Virus record (IMG/VR): IMGVR_UViG_3300015608_002795
Span: 1-64,000 of that record
DNA length: 64,000 nt
Source: a virus
Lineage: Duplodnaviria > Heunggongvirae > Uroviricota > Caudoviricetes
Direction: 5' to 3' (one strand)
Below, one piece after another: positions 1 through 8,443 of this stretch. The position numbers were made by a program, and so were the translations under genes. The notes under the pieces were generated by a model. That model searched no databases and was not told the DNA's origin. It saw only the letters and a program-made list of their open reading frames with translations. The stretch's first letter is position 1; every line of letters begins with the position of its first letter.

Positions 1-217
1 GTCATTAATTTGTTTTACCTTTGAAAAAAAGTAAAATATGATAGTAGTTTAGGTATGTGGGTTATCAATGGTCATTCACTACAAAGAACTGATGTTGATG
101 GTAAAACATTCTATGATAAAAAGAGTGCGGATGATTTTAAGAAAACCATTGATAACCAAGATTTTTACTTCTACCATGATAATAAGTAATTTTATTACCA
201 CTAACGACTGAGAATAT

Positions 218-493
218 GTGTTCGTTTTAATGACACATATTCTTTGTTATATTCAGTTTTTTACTTTGATTAAAAAATATAAAAATATGAAACAGATTAA
301 TAAAACATTTGGAGTGTTTGAAACAAAAACATCAACTTGGAATAATGGAACAAGAAGTTTTTTTGGAGATTTGATACAAGATGGATTCACTTCTATTGAA
401 GATGCGGAGTCGTTTTTAATAGAAAGGTTGAACAAAATTTCTGATGAAAATATCAGATGTTTCATATTACCTATTTATCAAAGTAAAAATTGA
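218..493 (+). CDS. hypothetical protein (91 aa)
   Basis: intact ORF in six-frame track; no recognisable motif. Confidence 0.35.
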   Translation: MFVLMTHILCYIQFFTLIKKYKNMKQINKTFGVFETKTSTWNNGTRSFFGDLIQDGFTSIEDAESFLIERLNKISDENIRCFILPIYQSKN

Positions 494-754
494 ATATAAC
501 GGCTGGGTGTATATGTAGTGATTTACACTAAACTATATTAAAAGAAATGAATATAATTATTAACAGACAAGGTTGATTAAATGTAAGAAAAAATCAGGTT
601 GGATACAACATAAAGGATGGAGACAAAAAATAAACAAACCTTAACTTTATTTTTATTGAATATAACGGTTGCAAATATGAGAAGTAAATTTTTCCTATAA
701 AAAATAGACAAATCAAAATTTATTTCTTATATTTGTTGTTATACACAGTATTTT

Positions 755-1009
755 TTGTGGTGGAAAATTATTAAAAATATGAAGCATATAAAAACAAAAC
801 AGGAATTAGAAAAGGAATCACTTTTACTTTATGGTGGTAATAATAAACAAAATCCACCATTTAATGTAGGTGATAAACTAAAACAGATATGGAGAGTTGA
901 TGACGACAATAATCTTATAAAAGATGGTAGAGAAATGGTGGAGTTTGTTGGTATGAAAGGTGATATGATGTTATTGAAGCAAAACCGCAGATTCGGGTTC
1001 GAGTCCTGA
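755..1009 (+). CDS. hypothetical protein (84 aa); 3' end overlaps a tRNA-like T-arm fragment
   Basis: ORF preceded by TAtaTTTG promoter-like motif at 731-738; C-terminus encodes 'GGTTCGAGTCC'. Confidence 0.3.
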   Translation: MWWKIIKNMKHIKTKQELEKESLLLYGGNNKQNPPFNVGDKLKQIWRVDDDNNLIKDGREMVEFVGMKGDMMLLKQNRRFGFES

Positions 1010-1066
1010 CAAGCGTACAAATAGGAATACACCCAACAGGGAATTATAAATTTAATATATAATAAT

Positions 1067-1858
1067 ATGATAATTTATAGTTTATCCTCAAGTGAAGATC
1101 CTAATAATGTAAGGTATATAGGAAAAACAAATGATATTAAAAAAAGACTAAAAAGGCATCTTTCGAAATATAATTTGATTCCAGATACGCATAAAAATAG
1201 ATGGATAAAATCCGAAATATCAAAGGGAAATAAAATAATTATCACTGAGATATATCGAATAGTAGATGATGAAAAGTGGCAAGATGTTGAAATTTATTGG
1301 ATTGATAAATATAAAAAGGAAGGATATAAACTAACAAATTCAACAAATGGAGGAGACGGAGGTGTTTTCACAAAAGAGATGTTAGAAAAAAGAAGTGAAA
1401 GTATTAGAAATAAAAATATTAAAAATAAATTAGAGGAAATTGAAAAATATAAAATAAGAGAAATAGATAGTGTGTGGTATGGGGATAGAATTTGTATTTC
1501 GTGTAAGAAAACAATAACACATAAATCTAAAGGATTAAATCAGATTATTTATTTAATAAGGAAGTTGATAAATAAAAAATGTCTTAGTTGTAAATCATTT
1601 GATAGAAAACTTACAAGTGAAGAAAAAGAAAAAATATCTCTATCTAAAAAAAATATATCAGAGGAAACTAGAAAAAAATTGTCCATAATACATAAAGGTA
1701 AGTTTATATCAGAGGAAACTAAAAGAAAGATATCAAATTCATTAACTGGTAAAAAATTATCAGATGAAACTAGAAAAAAAATGTCAAATGCTAAAAAAAG
1801 AAAAAAATATAAAATACCTAGTGGGGATTCAGCCGACAGGGAAGCTAACAATAGGTAA
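1067..1858 (+). CDS. GIY-YIG family homing endonuclease
   Basis: N-terminal 'IIYSLSSSED..VRYIGKTNDIKKRLKRH' GIY-YIG motif; repeated NUMOD-like 'KKLSxETRKK' modules. Confidence 0.85.
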   Translation: MIIYSLSSSEDPNNVRYIGKTNDIKKRLKRHLSKYNLIPDTHKNRWIKSEISKGNKIIITEIYRIVDDEKWQDVEIYWIDKYKKEGYKLTNSTNGGDGGVFTKEMLEKRSESIRNKNIKNKLEEIEKYKIREIDSVWYGDRICISCKKTITHKSKGLNQIIYLIRKLINKKCLSCKSFDRKLTSEEKEKISLSKKNISEETRKKLSIIHKGKFISEETKRKISNSLTGKKLSDETRKKMSNAKKRKKYKIPSGDSADREANNR

Positions 1859-2531
1859 CTACCTAGGTTGTTTAAAGAAAGGCCTAAGGCTTCAAGAGGA
1901 AGGGCATGATGTTACCTTCTTGATAGCAAACTACCATTCTCTAACAACTGATAGTTATACTGATGTAACTGAACAGGAATTAATTAAATTAGGTTGTAAG
2001 AATATAAAAAGACAAACTCCTGAATATACTGAGTTGTTTTTCAAATTATGTTGTAAGCTAAACTTAGGAACATTACTGAAAATGCCTCAATATAAAGACA
2101 AAAAGGAAAATGTAGAATTTGACTTGGGATTGATGTTATATCCTGTATTAATGGCAGCTGATATCATCATTAACGACCCAGATGTAGTAATTGTTGGTAA
2201 AGACCAAATAGCTCACTTAGACCTATGTAATGATATTTCTAAGAGATTTAATGGTAAGTATTACAATTATGAATTAGGTGATGTAGATAAGATTATGTCA
2301 TTGATTGACCCAACAAAAAAGATGTCAAAATCTTTGGGAGAAAGACATGTTCTTTATATTTTTGATGAAAACTATGAAGCAAAAATAAAAAAGGCAAACG
2401 CCAACGAAGAAGGTCTCGAAAATCTTAAAAAGATTGGATTAGGAGTCGGAGTCGATGTTGATAAATATGAAATGAATTCTGATTTAAAGAAGGCTATTTC
2501 AGACAAAATGAATGAAATTTTTAACAAGTAA
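1764..2531 (+). CDS. truncated tryptophanyl-tRNA synthetase-like protein (HIGH motif degenerate as TIGN, KMSKS intact, no C-terminal anticodon-binding domain)
   Basis: 'GIQPTGKLTIGNYLG' aligns to the TrpRS 'GIQPSGxLHLGNYLG' signature; 'KMSKS' present; only ~70 aa after KMSKS; alternative start ATG at 1788. Confidence 0.7.
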   Translation: MKLEKKCQMLKKEKNIKYLVGIQPTGKLTIGNYLGCLKKGLRLQEEGHDVTFLIANYHSLTTDSYTDVTEQELIKLGCKNIKRQTPEYTELFFKLCCKLNLGTLLKMPQYKDKKENVEFDLGLMLYPVLMAADIIINDPDVVIVGKDQIAHLDLCNDISKRFNGKYYNYELGDVDKIMSLIDPTKKMSKSLGERHVLYIFDENYEAKIKKANANEEGLENLKKIGLGVGVDVDKYEMNSDLKKAISDKMNEIFNK

Positions 2532-2611
2532 TAAAATGACAACAATTAAAAACATAAAAAAATCTAAAAAACGAATAAAAATGATTCGATAGATAAGCTA
2601 TTGCCTTAACT

Positions 2612-2647
2612 AACCCGAATCATTGTAAATGGTTCGGGTTTTTTATT
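2612..2647 (+). terminator. intrinsic terminator (AACCCGAA..TTCGGGTT + T-run)
   Basis: perfect 8-bp stem followed by TTTTTTATTT directly after the TrpRS-like stop. Confidence 0.6.
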
Positions 2648-2652
2648 TATAC

Positions 2653-2744
2653 GCGTCGGTTCGCTTAGTTGGCCTAAAGCATCAGACTTTTAATCTGAAG
2701 AGATAATGTTCTCAACCGTGGGTTCGAATCCCACCCGGCGTACA
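2653..2744 (+). tRNA. tRNA, class-II architecture (long variable arm GAGA/TCTC), anticodon loop CTTTTAA (UUU), A73
   Basis: hand fold: acceptor GCGTCGG/CCGGCGT (2 GU), anticodon stem TCAGA/TCTGA, T-arm GTGGG-TTCGAAT-CCCAC. Confidence 0.5.
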
Positions 2745-2750
2745 AAAAAC

Positions 2751-2838
2751 TCCTTCGTATCCGTAGCTGGTCGAACGGTCCTGACTCTTAATCAGATGTG
2801 AGAAATCACCACCGTGGGTTCGAATCCCACCGAAGGAA
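2751..2838 (+). tRNA. tRNA, class-II architecture, anticodon loop CTCTTAA (CUU), A73
   Basis: acceptor TCCTTCG/CGAAGGA perfect; variable arm GTGA-GAAA-TCAC; T-arm GTGGG-TTCGAAT-CCCAC. Confidence 0.5.
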
Positions 2839-2842
2839 CTAA

Positions 2843-2915
2843 CCTCTTGTAGCAAACTGGCAGTAGGCAACGGTCTTTTAAACCGTGGGGCCGGGTTCGA
2901 TTCCCGGCGGGAGGA
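2843..2915 (+). tRNA. tRNA-Lys (UUU), canonical 73 nt
   Basis: acceptor CCTCTTG/CGGGAGG; anticodon stem ACGGT/ACCGT with loop CTTTTAA; T-arm CCGGG-TTCGATT-CCCGG. Confidence 0.65.
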
Positions 2916-2942
2916 CAAATTTTAACTCAATGGGTAGAGTAA

Positions 2943-3704
2943 ATGATTATATATATTATTATGAATAAGGAAACACTATTAAAATATATATCTGATAATT
3001 TGTCTACTCGTGAAATCGCCAAATATGAAGGGGTGACACAATCTAAAGTTAAATATTGGATAAAAAAATATGAAATAAAAACAAAATATTCGGCTTTTGG
3101 TAAGGGAATATCACCAAAAAGAGAAAAACAAGAATTTAATATAGAAGATATAGCTATAAAAAAAGATAGAGTATATAACTATTTATATGGACTATATTTA
3201 GGCGATGGATGCTTATATAAAAGAAAGGATAGAAATGTATCAACAATAACATTTTCTTTAGATAAAAAATATCCAAATATAATTAAGCAGTGTGAGTCGT
3301 ATTTACATGATTTATTTGGTAAATTTCCATATATTTATCATAGAAAAAATTCTAATTCCGTTGATGTGAAATATACATCTATTATAGTCGATAAACTTTT
3401 TTTAAAATACGGAAGTGGGAAAAAACACATGAATGGTATTTATTTACCTAAAATATTAGTAGATAATATTCACTACGATTGTTTATTAAAAGGGTTGTTC
3501 CATTCTGATGGTTCTTATTATTTTAATAATAGATCAGGCACTTATTGTTATAGTTTTACTAATAAAAGTATTGATATACTAAATATTTTTTCAAGATGTC
3601 TAAATTTTTATGATGTAAAGCATAGTTTATCAAAAGATCATATAATGATTCAATCGAATAAGGAAGTCAAAAAATTATATAAAATATTGGAACAAAAAAA
3701 TTAA
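2943..3704 (+). CDS. LAGLIDADG family homing endonuclease
   Basis: two LAGLIDADG motifs 'LYGLYLGDGC' and 'LKGLFHSDGS'; N-terminal HTH 'LSTREIAKYEGVTQSKVKYW'. Confidence 0.85.
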   Translation: MIIYIIMNKETLLKYISDNLSTREIAKYEGVTQSKVKYWIKKYEIKTKYSAFGKGISPKREKQEFNIEDIAIKKDRVYNYLYGLYLGDGCLYKRKDRNVSTITFSLDKKYPNIIKQCESYLHDLFGKFPYIYHRKNSNSVDVKYTSIIVDKLFLKYGSGKKHMNGIYLPKILVDNIHYDCLLKGLFHSDGSYYFNNRSGTYCYSFTNKSIDILNIFSRCLNFYDVKHSLSKDHIMIQSNKEVKKLYKILEQKN

Positions 3705-3709
3705 AAATT

Positions 3710-3946
3710 ATGGAAACGCTAACAACAATAAGAGAAAGATTAGAAACACATTATGAAGGTGTTTATAGAAAGATATGGGTTCAAGGCAGTGCTCGTCATG
3801 GTCAAAATGATATTTTATTAACTCTATTTCCTTCAAATAGTGACGGATACAAAATTGTATCTATGAGAAAGCTAAGAAATATTTCATTTGAAGAAGTGTT
3901 TACAGTACTACAAAGAGAATTAAGTATTACAAATATATTAGAGTAA
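3710..3946 (+). CDS. hypothetical protein (78 aa)
   Basis: intact ORF, tightly packed after the preceding gene. Confidence 0.4.
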   Translation: METLTTIRERLETHYEGVYRKIWVQGSARHGQNDILLTLFPSNSDGYKIVSMRKLRNISFEEVFTVLQRELSITNILE

Positions 3947-3961
3947 TTTAATATATAATGG

Positions 3962-4975
3962 ATGAGGTATATCAAAAAATATGAATCTTATAATAAACTT
4001 GATGAAATATTAGATATATTTATTGACTTTGAAGAAGAAGGATATGTAGTTAATAGTTTTGAGTTAAAAATAGTTGAGGATAGGGATGATTGGGGTGGAA
4101 ATTTTATATCCGAAAAGTTAAGACATGTTTATGGTAAAAAGTTTATAAACTATCATAAAGATGTAATTATGAGTAAAGGAGAAAAAACATATAAAGCTAA
4201 AGATGCTATTATTGTTAGAATATCAAAAACAAATTATATAAAAGATTTAACGGATAGAAAAATACATTGGAAAAAATTAGACTCTGAAATGTCTAAAAAA
4301 ACAGATGTTATAAAAAATAGATCTGAGTTTTTAAACTTAAGTTTATATGGGGTCATGGCTGAATGGTATCAACTTGGAAAGGCAGTACATGATGATTTTC
4401 GAGGTGAACCATATTTTGGATATGATGTTATTAATGATTGTTATACATTTGCATTTTATCCATCCGAAAAAGTACTTGAAAAATTTTATAATCCACCGTC
4501 TGAAATAAAAGAAAAATTACATTCTATTGTAAATGATCTATTATCTAAACACGAAGGTGGTAAGCCATTTTTTGACGCATTGGATGATGCTATTAAGGAT
4601 GTTTATAATGAAGATATGATTCTTGCTTTATTAAAGGGCAATTCAAATGAATGGATAGCAGCATCTGGTGGATTTGGAGATAGGGTCTATAACCTATGGA
4701 AAAGGGGAAAATTTAGGTGTAAAGGAATAGTTGTCTTCAATGGTAAAATGATGACAAATAAAACCGGAGTAAACAATTGGTATCCACCAGATTTCGATTT
4801 ATCAAACAAGGATTATGTATATGTAGATGATTCTTATTTTTCTGGTGGAACTGCAAGAAAAATAAATGGATTTTTATCTGAACACAATTCAAAAATTAAA
4901 CACGTATCTGTTATATATGATGGATCAAAGGAAAAAAGTAAACTAGTTAAATCATTTTTTAGATACTACAAATGA
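3962..4975 (+). CDS. phosphoribosyltransferase-fold protein (PRPP-binding motif)
   Basis: 'YVYVDDSYFSGGTARKI' matches the type-I PRTase / Prs PRPP-binding loop (hydrophobic-DD-x-x-TGGT). Confidence 0.5.
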   Translation: MRYIKKYESYNKLDEILDIFIDFEEEGYVVNSFELKIVEDRDDWGGNFISEKLRHVYGKKFINYHKDVIMSKGEKTYKAKDAIIVRISKTNYIKDLTDRKIHWKKLDSEMSKKTDVIKNRSEFLNLSLYGVMAEWYQLGKAVHDDFRGEPYFGYDVINDCYTFAFYPSEKVLEKFYNPPSEIKEKLHSIVNDLLSKHEGGKPFFDALDDAIKDVYNEDMILALLKGNSNEWIAASGGFGDRVYNLWKRGKFRCKGIVVFNGKMMTNKTGVNNWYPPDFDLSNKDYVYVDDSYFSGGTARKINGFLSEHNSKIKHVSVIYDGSKEKSKLVKSFFRYYK

Positions 4976-5024
4976 AACACATAAAATTTAATCAAACAAC
5001 TCTTTATAGACCAATTAATGGTCA

Positions 5025-5309
5025 GTGATTTCTTTAAAGCATATGTCATCGCTTGATTTTAATGGAGAGCTTGGATCTATACATATAAAATTATTAGAGG
5101 ATGATGATACATATATTTTAATTTCACTAGGATATAATCATGATATGAAATTTGATATGATGACGTGGACAGATCTTGAAATATGTAAAAATGGAATTCG
5201 TGGGAAAGCATCATGGATGAGACAAGTGAGTCATGGATTAGAAGGATCTTTATTTGATAAAGTAGCAAATTATCTAACAGATAATGAATTAGTTGGCCCT
5301 ATTATTTAA
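5025..5309 (+). CDS. hypothetical protein (94 aa)
   Basis: intact ORF. Confidence 0.35.
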   Translation: MISLKHMSSLDFNGELGSIHIKLLEDDDTYILISLGYNHDMKFDMMTWTDLEICKNGIRGKASWMRQVSHGLEGSLFDKVANYLTDNELVGPII

Positions 5310-5314
5310 ATAAT

Positions 5315-5345
5315 TTTGGTGGGAATAAAAAAAATCGTATCTTTG
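5315..5345 (+). promoter_or_regulatory. Bacteroidetes-type sigma-A promoter (-33 TTTG / -7 TATCTTTG)
   Basis: 'TTTGGTGGG..(20 nt)..CGTATCTTTGTG' read in sequence; motif recurs before most transcription units. Confidence 0.55.
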
Positions 5346-5473
5346 TGAAAACAAAGGAATAAAAATATAATATATACAATTATGAAAATGGTTAATACAA
5401 ATACAAGTTCGTCACGTAGTTCTAACAGCTCGAAAATTCGAAGTTGATTGTATTCTATTGCTATACAATATTG

Positions 5474-5507
5474 AACCTCGAATTTAATTCGAGGTTTTTT
5501 GTTTTAT
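5474..5507 (+). terminator. intrinsic terminator
   Basis: AACCTCGAA-TTTAA-TTCGAGGTT stem-loop followed by TTTTTGTTTTAT. Confidence 0.6.
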
Positions 5508-5580
5508 GGTTCCATCGTCCAACTGGATAGGACATGACCCTGCGAAGGTTAAGATATGAGTTCGAATCTCATTGGGACTT
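5508..5580 (+). tRNA. tRNA-Arg (GCG?)
   Basis: acceptor GGTTCCA/TGGGACT; D-stem GTCC/GGAC; anticodon loop CTGCGAA; T-arm ATGAG-TTCGAAT-CTCAT. Confidence 0.55.
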
Positions 5581-5586
5581 CAAATT

Positions 5587-5675
5587 GGTGAGTTAAGCAG
5601 CTACATTGGAGTGGCGACCAGCTTTGAAACCTGGGTTTCGTTAAATCGGATGGGGGTCGGGTCCTCAGCTCACCG
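5587..5675 (+). tRNA. tRNA, class II, Ser(UGA)-like with C31:C39 mismatch and atypical T-loop GTCGGGT
   Basis: acceptor GGTGAGT/GCTCACC; anticodon region CCAGC-TTTGAAA-CCTGG; variable arm TTCG/CGGA. Confidence 0.4.
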
Positions 5676-5679
5676 CAAT

Positions 5680-5767
5680 GGAGGGATGGCAGAGTTGGTC
5701 TATTGCACCTGACTTGAAATCAGGAGGTCGGGCAACCGATCCGTGGGTTCGAATCCTACTCCCTCCT
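5680..5767 (+). tRNA. tRNA-Ser (UGA)
   Basis: acceptor GGAGGGA/TCCCTCC perfect; anticodon stem CCTGA/TCAGG with loop CTTGAAA; long variable arm; T-arm GTGGG-TTCGAAT-CCTAC. Confidence 0.65.
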
Positions 5768-5772
5768 CAAAT

Positions 5773-5845
5773 GTTCTTGTAGCTCAACGGTTAGAGTTTT
5801 CCGCTTCGAACGGAAAGGATGTAGGTTCGAATCCTACCAAGAATT
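5773..5845 (+). tRNA. tRNA-Arg (UCG)
   Basis: acceptor GTTCTTG/CAAGAAT; anticodon stem TTCCG/CGGAA with loop CTTCGAA; T-arm GTAGG-TTCGAAT-CCTAC. Confidence 0.65.
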
Positions 5846-5894
5846 CAAAAAAATTGAACTCACATTTTAATATATAGTGAAAATATGAGTTCAA

Positions 5895-6467
5895 ATGAAA
5901 TACACAGTATATAAAATAACAAATTTAATAAACGGTAAAATTTATATCGGAGTTCATAAAACAGAAAATTTAGACGATGGATATATGGGATCTGGTAAAA
6001 ATATAAAAAGAGCTATTGACAAATATGGAATTCAAAATTTTAAAAAAGAATATATTAAAATATTTGACAATCAAGAAGATATGTTTAAAATGGAGTCTGA
6101 GTTGGTAAATGAATTATTTTTATCTAGTCGTGAGAATTATAATATAATGAAAGGAGGTCATGGAGGATTTGAACATATAAATAAAAATTGTTGGAATAAA
6201 GAAAGTAGAAAAAATCATCTACAAAAAATATATCATTTGGTTTCAGCTGAAAAAAGAAAGGATATCGGTGCATATATGGGTAAAAACTTTGGGGGTAGTA
6301 ATAGATTAAGAGAGGATGTAATAAATTATAGATTAAAAATACTCGAAACAGTTGATATGTCTAAATATGGTTGGGTAGAAAAAGCTAGTAAATTATTAAA
6401 TATAACACATACACAAGTTAGGAGATTTGTAAATAAATATTATAAAGGAGAATATTATAGAAGATAA
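5895..6467 (+). CDS. GIY-YIG family homing endonuclease
   Basis: 'KYTVYKITNLINGKIYIGVHKT..GYMGSGKNIKRAIDKYG' GIY-YIG core. Confidence 0.8.
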   Translation: MKYTVYKITNLINGKIYIGVHKTENLDDGYMGSGKNIKRAIDKYGIQNFKKEYIKIFDNQEDMFKMESELVNELFLSSRENYNIMKGGHGGFEHINKNCWNKESRKNHLQKIYHLVSAEKRKDIGAYMGKNFGGSNRLREDVINYRLKILETVDMSKYGWVEKASKLLNITHTQVRRFVNKYYKGEYYRR

Positions 6468-6553
6468 GGAGAGTAAAGTAGCCAGGGTGCTACCACCGCC
6501 TGCTAAGCGAGTGGATCGGGTAACTGATTACGTTTCGAGTACGTTGCTCTCCG
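6468..6553 (+). tRNA. tRNA-Ser (GCU)-like, class II, anticodon stem with bulged A
   Basis: acceptor GGAGAGT/GCTCTCC; D-stem GTAGC/GCTAC; anticodon loop CTGCTAA; T-arm ACGT-TTCGAGT-ACGT. Confidence 0.5.
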
Positions 6554-6557
6554 CCAT

Positions 6558-6646
6558 GGTAAAATACCCAAGAGGATGTAAGGGGCTTGCTTGGAAAGCA
6601 AGTAGGTCGGGAAACTGGCGCATGAGTTCGAATCTCATTTTTACCG
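6558..6646 (+). tRNA. tRNA-Ser (GGA)
   Basis: acceptor GGTAAAA/TTTTACC perfect; anticodon stem CTTGC/GCAAG with loop TTGGAAA; long variable arm; T-arm ATGAG-TTCGAAT-CTCAT. Confidence 0.6.
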
Positions 6647-6660
6647 CAAAAATTAAAATT

Positions 6661-6858
6661 ATGATTTTAGAAGAAAATATAAATGGATTAGTTTTTGTTG
6701 AACAAAGGACTTTTTATATCTATAAATCAGAAGAAGATAGAAAAAAAGGAAACTATTCCTTCGTAACTTCTGATGAAAGTTTATTTTTAACTCACAAGGA
6801 AAATTTAAGAAATAAATTGTCAGTTATAAGGGATGAAAAGATAGATAAAGTTTTATGA
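6661..6858 (+). CDS. hypothetical protein (65 aa; track ORF 6487-6858 trimmed to the first ATG downstream of the tRNAs)
   Basis: upstream part of the track ORF is occupied by two tRNA genes. Confidence 0.35.
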   Translation: MILEENINGLVFVEQRTFYIYKSEEDRKKGNYSFVTSDESLFLTHKENLRNKLSVIRDEKIDKVL

Positions 6859-7145
6859 TAATAGGAAATTGTCCAATATGTGATAGAGAAATGTGGGATG
6901 ATAACTCATCTGACCGGCATCATTTTTATCCAAAATGCAAAGGCGGAAAAGAAACAGAATGGGTGCATAGAGTATGTCATAGAAAAATACATTCTATTTT
7001 TACTGAAAATGAGTTAGCTAAAACATATAATAATGCTGAGTTAATTAGAGAGCATCCCGAAATTATTAAATTCGTAAAATGGGTTTCTAAAAAAGAGCCT
7101 GATTTTTATGACAAAACTATAACACATAATAGAAAAAGGAGATAA
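6855..7145 (+). CDS. HNH endonuclease
   Basis: 'CPICDREM..DRHHFYPKCKGGKETEWVHRVCHRKIH' Zn-finger plus HNH signature. Confidence 0.8.
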   Translation: MIIGNCPICDREMWDDNSSDRHHFYPKCKGGKETEWVHRVCHRKIHSIFTENELAKTYNNAELIREHPEIIKFVKWVSKKEPDFYDKTITHNRKRR

Positions 7146-7147
7146 AT

Positions 7148-7597
7148 ATGAATCTTAAAGATTATCAAGAGCATCTTAAAAGGATGAAAGAAGATCCGGA
7201 ATATAAAATGAATTATATTAAGAAAATGAAAGAACAACAGAAGGAAGATTTTCTTAAAATAAAACCATTTGTAAATGCAGAAGATATACCAGATCTACCA
7301 AAGGTAGATGCAAAAGAGTGGAAAGAATACTTTGTTCCGATTCTTATTGAAAAAGGGGCTATTCCTAAAGTAGATTTAATAGATGGTGAGTGGTATTATG
7401 GAGACCACAGAAGATGTAATGTAGCTAAATGGAATGAAAAAGATAATCAATTTGATTATTTAAGATATAAATTTGGATATTTCTGGGATAATTGCAATCA
7501 CTTTGAAGATGATGATGGATATGCATTATTTGTTCCTATAAGAAAAGCAAATAAAGAAGAAATAGAAGAACAAGAAAAAATTAAAAATAACCTATGA
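7148..7597 (+). CDS. hypothetical protein (149 aa)
   Basis: ORF translationally coupled to neighbours (ATGA overlap). Confidence 0.5.
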   Translation: MNLKDYQEHLKRMKEDPEYKMNYIKKMKEQQKEDFLKIKPFVNAEDIPDLPKVDAKEWKEYFVPILIEKGAIPKVDLIDGEWYYGDHRRCNVAKWNEKDNQFDYLRYKFGYFWDNCNHFEDDDGYALFVPIRKANKEEIEEQEKIKNNL

Positions 7598-8055
7598 AAA
7601 AATATTACCAAACAGACGAATTGCAAAAAATGATTGACTGGGATAATATCATGAAAATGAATAGATATGCTGGTGGTCATGACGATCAAATGATTGGATT
7701 GTTTAAAGACTCTACTTTAATAGCTCATTGGAATGAAAATGACTATCAAGGTATGGTGGCTACATGTGTAATGTTGTCTAATGGTAAATTTGCTATCTAT
7801 AATGATTATTATGGATCTTGTTCAGGATGTGATTCATGGGAAGGAGCTGATGATGATTCTGTTAGATCTATGTGTATTAATTTGTCTAATGGTGCTTATG
7901 TTTTTGAAAATATAAATGATGTTGTTTTATTTTTACATGATGAAAATAAAGATGGATATTCTTGGAATGGAAATGCTTCTTCTAATTTATTATCAGAAAT
8001 ACTTAAGAATATACAGATTCTTAGGGATATAAAAATTGAAAAGATTATTCAATAA
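7594..8055 (+). CDS. hypothetical protein (153 aa)
   Basis: overlapping start/stop with the preceding ORF. Confidence 0.5.
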   Translation: MKKYYQTDELQKMIDWDNIMKMNRYAGGHDDQMIGLFKDSTLIAHWNENDYQGMVATCVMLSNGKFAIYNDYYGSCSGCDSWEGADDDSVRSMCINLSNGAYVFENINDVVLFLHDENKDGYSWNGNASSNLLSEILKNIQILRDIKIEKIIQ

Positions 8056-8443
8056 TTATTTGAATTGACTTGAATTTTGGATTTTCTAAAGCTTTTCCAG
8101 ACGGGTCATATCTATCTCCAGTTAAAGGTATTTCGTATTCGATAGGAAATTCTGTTTCATCAGAAAATTGTAATCTTCTGTTTCTTGAAATTATTTTATC
8201 TTTAACCGGCTCAATTAAAATAGTATCAATTTCGTGAGCATATACCTTTTTAGCCACTTGCTTATTCAACCATTTATAAGATTTATTTACTAGTGATGTG
8301 AAATATTCTTGAGTATATGTAACATATAAAGGTTTATCATAGTTACTATTTAATGCGAAAGCTGATAAATATACTAACTTTGATGGATCAGTATTTTTTA
8401 ACTTTATATCACCTATAATATTTTCTGCTTTCATTTGTGACAT
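8045..8443 (-). CDS. hypothetical protein (132 aa)
   Basis: first ORF of a three-gene minus-strand block. Confidence 0.5.
   Translation of the reverse strand: MSQMKAENIIGDIKLKNTDPSKLVYLSAFALNSNYDKPLYVTYTQEYFTSLVNKSYKWLNKQVAKKVYAHEIDTILIEPVKDKIISRNRRLQFSDETEFPIEYEIPLTGDRYDPSGKALENPKFKSIQIIIE

Noticed and set aside
55-189. 44-codon ORF at the window start
   Set aside because: It is below a sensible length threshold, has no motif, and could equally be the tail of a gene whose start lies upstream in another frame.
1549-1851. Antisense or overlapping ORFs inside longer genes (e.g. 1549-1851-, 9335-9580+, 10516-10716-, 11537-11938+, 12799-13131-, 22982-23311-, 26859-27200-, 41550-41756+, 59391-59585-, 62321-62581-)
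   Set aside because: They are fully embedded in stronger ORFs with recognisable domains, and they have low-complexity or hydrophobic composition typical of antisense artefacts.
2712-2918. Minus-strand ORFs across tRNA clusters (2712-2918, 19499-19714, 30680-30886, 30893-31105, 31221-31442, 45682-45876, 46409-46633, 46658-46894) and plus-strand 45968-46240 and 46817-47020
   Set aside because: They run straight through multiple tRNA genes. GC-rich tRNA stems in an AT-rich genome create stop-free stretches. None has a promoter or RBS context.
6487-6858. 123-aa ORF in the six-frame track
   Set aside because: Its first 170 nt are occupied by two well-folded tRNA-Ser genes (6468-6553, 6558-6646). 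Only the portion from the ATG at 6661 is plausibly coding.
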